Below are positions 45,821-50,546 of a stretch of DNA of 50,546 bases, in pieces. This DNA is from a virus (taxonomy: Duplodnaviria > Caudoviricetes): positions 1-50,546 of the IMG/VR virus record IMGVR_UViG_3300021180_000017, one strand, 5' to 3'. Below the pieces are notes generated by a model. It was not told the origin of the DNA, searched no databases, and saw nothing but the letters and a program-made list of their open reading frames with translations. Made by a program: the position numbers and the translations under genes. How positions within the stretch are numbered: the first letter of the stretch is position 1; the number at the start of each line of letters is the position of its first letter.

Positions 45821-48800
45821 TGTTTCCTATAGTCATTCAATCGTGCTTGATTTTTAAACGTCTCGAGGTATTGTTCTTTCCGATCGGTCGGAACATCCTT
45901 GAGATAGAAGTCAAAGTCAGCTCTCTCTATCCGACTCTCCCAGTTTTTACTGGCGATGGATATCGCCTGGGCTTTCAACTCATCGGGATATCCAGTGACA
46001 TCTAGATAATAAAAAGCACGATTCCAATACTGATGAGCAGACTCACGATCATTATCTTCTGCAGCCTGGATGCCTCTGTGGATTTCTTCAATGAATTTTT
46101 GTAAGGCATACTTCTGGCTTTCCTTCCTAGCTTTTACGATATTACCCTTAGCGTAGATGTCGTCCTGTTCCTGCGGGGACAAACCAGTCAATGTCATGAA
46201 GATACTCTCAGGTTTAGCTACGTCTGTGATATACCCTTCGTTCTTAGCTAGGAGTTTACCTGTGTTCATAGCCACCCATAACTTCCAAAAGGCGTTGACA
46301 GAAGATATCTCCTTCGCCATATCTACGATATCATCTGACTTAAGAGCGAAGCGAGCATCACTTGAGTCTCGTTTAAGGAAAGACCACAATGCTTTTGTAG
46401 CTCCATCTGCAGACACGATGGTGTTTGCGAACGAAGATACTGAAGCACCTCCGAGTATACGCCACCACGCTCCATCGGATCGCAGGGCTTCTCTGAGTGA
46501 GGTAAATCCTTGAGCTCCATACCTGTCTCCAATGTTATAAAATTTACCCTTCTGGAGTGAACCCTCTCCAGTGACGAGTGCCGTGATTATACTCGGTATA
46601 CCTTCCATAAGTAAAGAAGAAACGAAGTTATCTCCCATGACATACCCGTGGTCGATGGCGGCCTCTCTGATGTCTGTACTGATAGGCAGGCCAGTCAACC
46701 CGAAGGCACACGGAACGCCGTATAACCCTGAGTACATACCGAACAACCTAAGACGAGCCATCGCTCTATCCCAGGGTGTCTCTCCTATCCGTTTGCTGAG
46801 AAATAGTTCAGCCAGACGTAACTGGTAAGACAAGAACTGTGTAGTTACGGATAGAACTCCACCGTGAAGGACTGACGAAGAGGCTCTAGACATGTTAGTC
46901 GTTAGAAGATCTGCCTCTTGAAGGATTTTATTCCGATCAGCCTGTGTGAGTAATCCTGTAGGATTTTCCTCTCGGAATTTCCTGAACGCAGTATACCAGG
47001 CTGTCAGACGGGTCGATTTCTCTCCTTCTTTGAAGAATACCTGACCGGCAGAAAGAAAATTATCGAAATCATTCTTGATAAACTTATGGTTGAAGAAGTC
47101 ATCCTTGATGGCGTACTCGCCTCCTACATGTTCAAAGCCTGTCTTGGCGAGTTCCTTCCTGGCTTCCAGCCATTCTCCTGGTTTGAAATTACTTCCTATA
47201 TTTAACTTCGTGGCGTACTCATCTAACGCCCGAAGAATTTCTTCATGTCCGGCGTATCTACTCCATTGATGGAGAAGCATCCCGAACATACCGACCGTAC
47301 CATGTTGTGGTTCCAAAGCCCATATCGTTGCATGTGTCTGTGCTTGGACGAGAATCTGAGGGATGTTGAACAACCCTAATTTCTCGTTGAAGACAACGCT
47401 CCGCATCCAAGTAATGGGCTCTTTCACATTCATCAATAGACGTGTCGGAACTATCACTAAGTCTTTGGTAGATCTGATTTCTGACAACCTCTTAGCCTCA
47501 GTCGGACCGAAACGGACGTACGTCGCATCGACTAGCTGTTGGGCAATCCCGTGCATGAAGTTATCGAATTTGTTCGGAACTCCTATGAACTGTTGGATCT
47601 TATACCTGTTAGACATCAGGTTGTGTTGGATGTCTGTCGGTGTTCCTGACTTGAATTCAGGGTTGTTGAAGTGGTAGAACGGGGAAGACCTTATGTCTGA
47701 AAAGGCCTCTCCTGCATTCTTGAAGTAAGGTTCTGCTTCTCTAAGCCAGTGTTCGACGGCATAGATCTTATAGTCATCCATGAAAAACGACTTCATCGCT
47801 CTATTCAACGCCCGTTGCATCGTAGGCATCGCAGCGACGAGTTGTGCAGGTTCGTAGGCATACAAGGGATTCCCCTTCGTGCCGGTGTCTTTCAAAGTCT
47901 TAAGACCGAAGGAGTCTCTTTCTTTCGTGTAAGCAACCTGGTACTGACGGGCAAGACTGCCATGTCTGGTACCATCCCTCCAAGTTCCTTGGTATCTTTG
48001 TTCAAGACTGGTGTCTAAGTCGTATATACTCTTCCCACGAGGTACGACGTAGAACGGTTCATCGACAGAAAGACGAGGAGGTAAGATATTTCCATCTGGA
48101 CCACGTCCTGGTTTAAACCAAGAATGGACTTCATCGAAGGACATCATCAGGTTAGTCCTGGTGTAATCCCGTGCTTCAGCCAGACGGTCTTCTTTGATAA
48201 GTTTACGTACAGTATCCAACTTAAGACCGATATCTCTGCCCATGGCACGGTTATCGACGGGCATCACCGTAGTATCGCCTTCGTAATGGTCGATGACTTT
48301 ATTTCCGATGATATCTCTCTTAACCCTGGCTTGCTTCAGATAGTGTTCGTAGTCATACTCGAAGTGACCCCCGCCACGTCGGTTAACCTGTTGGTATGAA
48401 ATGGGTTTGCTGTCTATCGCATCAGAAAGGATGTACTGGATACGTTCGTCTCCGATGTTGGCAAATCCCTTTAACGGACGAAGTTCAGGATCATACACCT
48501 CAACGACTTTGTATTTACCTGAAGCAACACCGTCGATCCATCTCTTACGAAGAAGAGGTGGAATGTTAGTTCCTGCCAAGGAATACACACGACTGGCCTT
48601 GCCGGAAGAACTATCCATCACGACGATACTTCCGTCACCGCCTGGAAAATCCTTTCGATTTACTCCGTCGAAGTAAGGAGATACAACACGAGTCCCAAGA
48701 TTAGTATAGGTAACAGCGTGTTGTTCAGTACCGAGACGAGCTTTATTGCGATATTCTGCGATATTAGTAAGGACTCGATGAAATTCATCTAACTCAACCT

Positions 48801-50546
48801 TGCTGAAGTACGCCTCGGTCTCTGCGTAAGACGGAAGACGGTTAAACATCGTTTGATATAAATCTTGGAGTTCTTCTACGTTTTGTTTGAAATAGCCCTG
48901 TAGTCCAGTCCTTGGATCTACGTCATGGCGGGCGAAGTCTACCGCTCGTTCCCATTCTTTATAGACTTGTCTGGAAGATAACTTACCGAACCACGCACGA
49001 GGACGGTTGATATACCAAGGTATTTCCTTGCCGGTCTTTTCGTCGAATGTGATAATCCCACGAGAGAGATTTTCTATACTTCTACCTAATTCGTCTGCGA
49101 GTTTCTCCAGTACGGCATTGCCGTAGACGGCGGCCTTCCTCTGTTCGAGTTCTCTCTTAGCAAGAGTATCCTCGGGAGAACGTACCCATCCTAGGAGAGC
49201 GTTCTTCCAAGAGTTCATACCTGTAGTCTGACTGGTAGAGACGGAATCCGTCACAGTCGATCCTGATGTGTCTTTAATCATCAGATCACGAACGACAGGC
49301 ATCGTCTCATCCAACGGACGAGTTACCTCGATGTAGTAACCGACACCTTGCTGTCTAATCTGAGGACCAACGGTATTACCCAAGGCTTCTCTCTGGAGGT
49401 ATAGCTTGTTGAGTTCGTCGACCTTCTTGTTAACACCGACGTCTTGGATACCACGGATTTCTTCCTTTAATTTCTTAGTCTCTTCAGGAGTCAATCCACC
49501 TTTAGCAAGAGTCCGCTTGTGTTTCTCTATAGTTTGTTGGTATTCATTCCTGAGAGCTTCGGTATCTCTGATTTTCTTCTCGATAGCTTCTGACCTAGAA
49601 GAGGCAAGAATGCCTTTCTCGGATACTATCCTGGCGTTGGTATACCCGTAATACTTAGCGAAATTTCTTGCAGTCTCTGGGTTAGAAAAGAGTTCACCGC
49701 TGTGATTTACAATCTTAAGGACGTAATCATACGTGTTAGTAAAACGATTCAATACTGGGGTAGAGATATCCGCCAAAGTGTTGGTAGCACCCTTGTAGAA
49801 TTCTCGGATTGCATCTTTCAACTTCCCTATACGTTCTTCTCCTTCAAGAAGGAGTGGGAGTCTCTGGATACGGTTGGCTTCCAGGATTGTACTAGGGATA
49901 TTCTCCGTGGCAGTAATGAGATGGTCTTGTAGTCTCGTGACTAACTCACGAGCCATACTTCCTATCCGTTGACCGACAGAGACGATGTCTTTCGAGAAAT
50001 TCTCCGTCATAGTCTCGGCTGTCAACTTAGATGCATCGACAGTCCCTTGAATGGCATTCGTGACATTCTGGGCAACATGAGACACGGCGGCTTGACCGAT
50101 ATTACCGGAAGCCTCCGCTACTGTGGCTTTACTTGGATTACCGAAGACGTCTACGCCGGTTTCACCAGTCCATACAGAAGGAACTGGGTTAGGCCCTTCG
50201 GCTGTCCATGGGACGTTAGTCGGAATGTCTTTGTTCTTCGCACCATTCTTCAGGAGTGTCTTTACGGCTCCTTGGATTTCGTTGTACTGTGCGAGTTTCT
50301 TCAGGACGTTAACACCTAGTTTACTTCCTTCGTAAACATCCAGAGGGGCTAAGACAGTAAAGAGATTACTAAGATGTTCGTCTGAAATACTCTGACCGAG
50401 AAGACGATGACCGACATCGACTGCCAGAGACGGATTGTCCTTCGCCATTTCATCTAGGAAAGACAACTTCTTCGTGAATTCATCTTGAGGAAGAGCGAAT
50501 AACTTATCGGCAAATGCCTTGATGTTACTTCCGTAACCTACCGCTC
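45817..50546 (-). CDS. 3' part of large internal virion (ejection) protein, starting at 802 across the junction
   Basis: The 1549-aa track ORF is open to the window end and in frame with 1-802. Confidence 0.85.
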   Translation of the reverse strand, partial: AVGYGSNIKAFADKLFALPQDEFTKKLSFLDEMAKDNPSLAVDVGHRLLGQSISDEHLSNLFTVLAPLDVYEGSKLGVNVLKKLAQYNEIQGAVKTLLKNGAKNKDIPTNVPWTAEGPNPVPSVWTGETGVDVFGNPSKATVAEASGNIGQAAVSHVAQNVTNAIQGTVDASKLTAETMTENFSKDIVSVGQRIGSMARELVTRLQDHLITATENIPSTILEANRIQRLPLLLEGEERIGKLKDAIREFYKGATNTLADISTPVLNRFTNTYDYVLKIVNHSGELFSNPETARNFAKYYGYTNARIVSEKGILASSRSEAIEKKIRDTEALRNEYQQTIEKHKRTLAKGGLTPEETKKLKEEIRGIQDVGVNKKVDELNKLYLQREALGNTVGPQIRQQGVGYYIEVTRPLDETMPVVRDLMIKDTSGSTVTDSVSTSQTTGMNSWKNALLGWVRSPEDTLAKRELEQRKAAVYGNAVLEKLADELGRSIENLSRGIITFDEKTGKEIPWYINRPRAWFGKLSSRQVYKEWERAVDFARHDVDPRTGLQGYFKQNVEELQDLYQTMFNRLPSYAETEAYFSKVELDEFHRVLTNIAEYRNKARLGTEQHAVTYTNLGTRVVSPYFDGVNRKDFPGGDGSIVVMDSSSGKASRVYSLAGTNIPPLLRKRWIDGVASGKYKVVEVYDPELRPLKGFANIGDERIQYILSDAIDSKPISYQQVNRRGGGHFEYDYEHYLKQARVKRDIIGNKVIDHYEGDTTVMPVDNRAMGRDIGLKLDTVRKLIKEDRLAEARDYTRTNLMMSFDEVHSWFKPGRGPDGNILPPRLSVDEPFYVVPRGKSIYDLDTSLEQRYQGTWRDGTRHGSLARQYQVAYTKERDSFGLKTLKDTGTKGNPLYAYEPAQLVAAMPTMQRALNRAMKSFFMDDYKIYAVEHWLREAEPYFKNAGEAFSDIRSSPFYHFNNPEFKSGTPTDIQHNLMSNRYKIQQFIGVPNKFDNFMHGIAQQLVDATYVRFGPTEAKRLSEIRSTKDLVIVPTRLLMNVKEPITWMRSVVFNEKLGLFNIPQILVQAQTHATIWALEPQHGTVGMFGMLLHQWSRYAGHEEILRALDEYATKLNIGSNFKPGEWLEARKELAKTGFEHVGGEYAIKDDFFNHKFIKNDFDNFLSAGQVFFKEGEKSTRLTAWYTAFRKFREENPTGLLTQADRNKILQEADLLTTNMSRASSSVLHGGVLSVTTQFLSYQLRLAELFLSKRIGETPWDRAMARLRLFGMYSGLYGVPCAFGLTGLPISTDIREAAIDHGYVMGDNFVSSLLMEGIPSIITALVTGEGSLQKGKFYNIGDRYGAQGFTSLREALRSDGAWWRILGGASVSSFANTIVSADGATKALWSFLKRDSSDARFALKSDDIVDMAKEISSVNAFWKLWVAMNTGKLLAKNEGYITDVAKPESIFMTLTGLSPQEQDDIYAKGNIVKARKESQKYALQKFIEEIHRGIQAAEDNDRESAHQYWNRAFYYLDVTGYPDELKAQAISIASKNWESRIERADFDFYLKDVPTDRKEQYLETFKNQARLNDYRKQ
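50415..50546. repeat. Terminal overlap (copy 2)
   Basis: Starts catcgactgccagagacgg, the same as position 1. Implies a 50,414 bp unit genome. Confidence 0.95.

Noticed and set aside
50415-50546. 132-bp end repeat as a biological direct terminal repeat
   Set aside because: It falls in the middle of a virion gene that reads through the junction, so it is an assembly overlap.

Overview
This window is an apparently complete, circularly permuted lytic podovirus genome of about 50,414 bp; bases 1-132 repeat as 50415-50546, which is an assembly overlap. It has two arms. The minus-strand late arm runs from about 20640 down to 1 and continues from 50414 to 42699: accessory structural cassette, large terminase, portal, scaffold, major capsid, two tail fibres, GH108 lysis cassette, tail tube A/B and internal virion proteins, including a 1799-aa gene split by the window ends. 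The plus-strand early/replication arm runs from about 21990 to 42612: NYN nuclease, GGCT-like protein, T7-type primase-helicase, family A DNA polymerase, SSB, PD-(D/E)XK exonuclease, endonuclease VII and HNH. The arms meet at a bidirectional terminator near 42650. No RNA polymerase or integrase was recognised, and several sigma70-type promoters are present. This layout resembles SIO1/VpV262/cobavirus-type (Zobellviridae-like) phages, and the NYN gene and endolysin point to an alphaproteobacterial host (both are inferences). The most striking unexplained element is a ~1.2 kb gene-free region (about 37985-39190) densely packed with nested helices and a long-range closing stem, a candidate giant structured ncRNA. 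It is flanked by two paralogous small proteins upstream and a basic membrane-anchored protein downstream. Other items of note are several smaller structured intergenic RNAs, an ATA-initiated portal gene, CTAAG/CTTAG repeats shared between the probable genome end and the interior of the polymerase gene, face-to-face promoters at the head of the late operon, and a Pro/Trp repeat protein. All calls are from reading by eye; no searches or folding programs were run.
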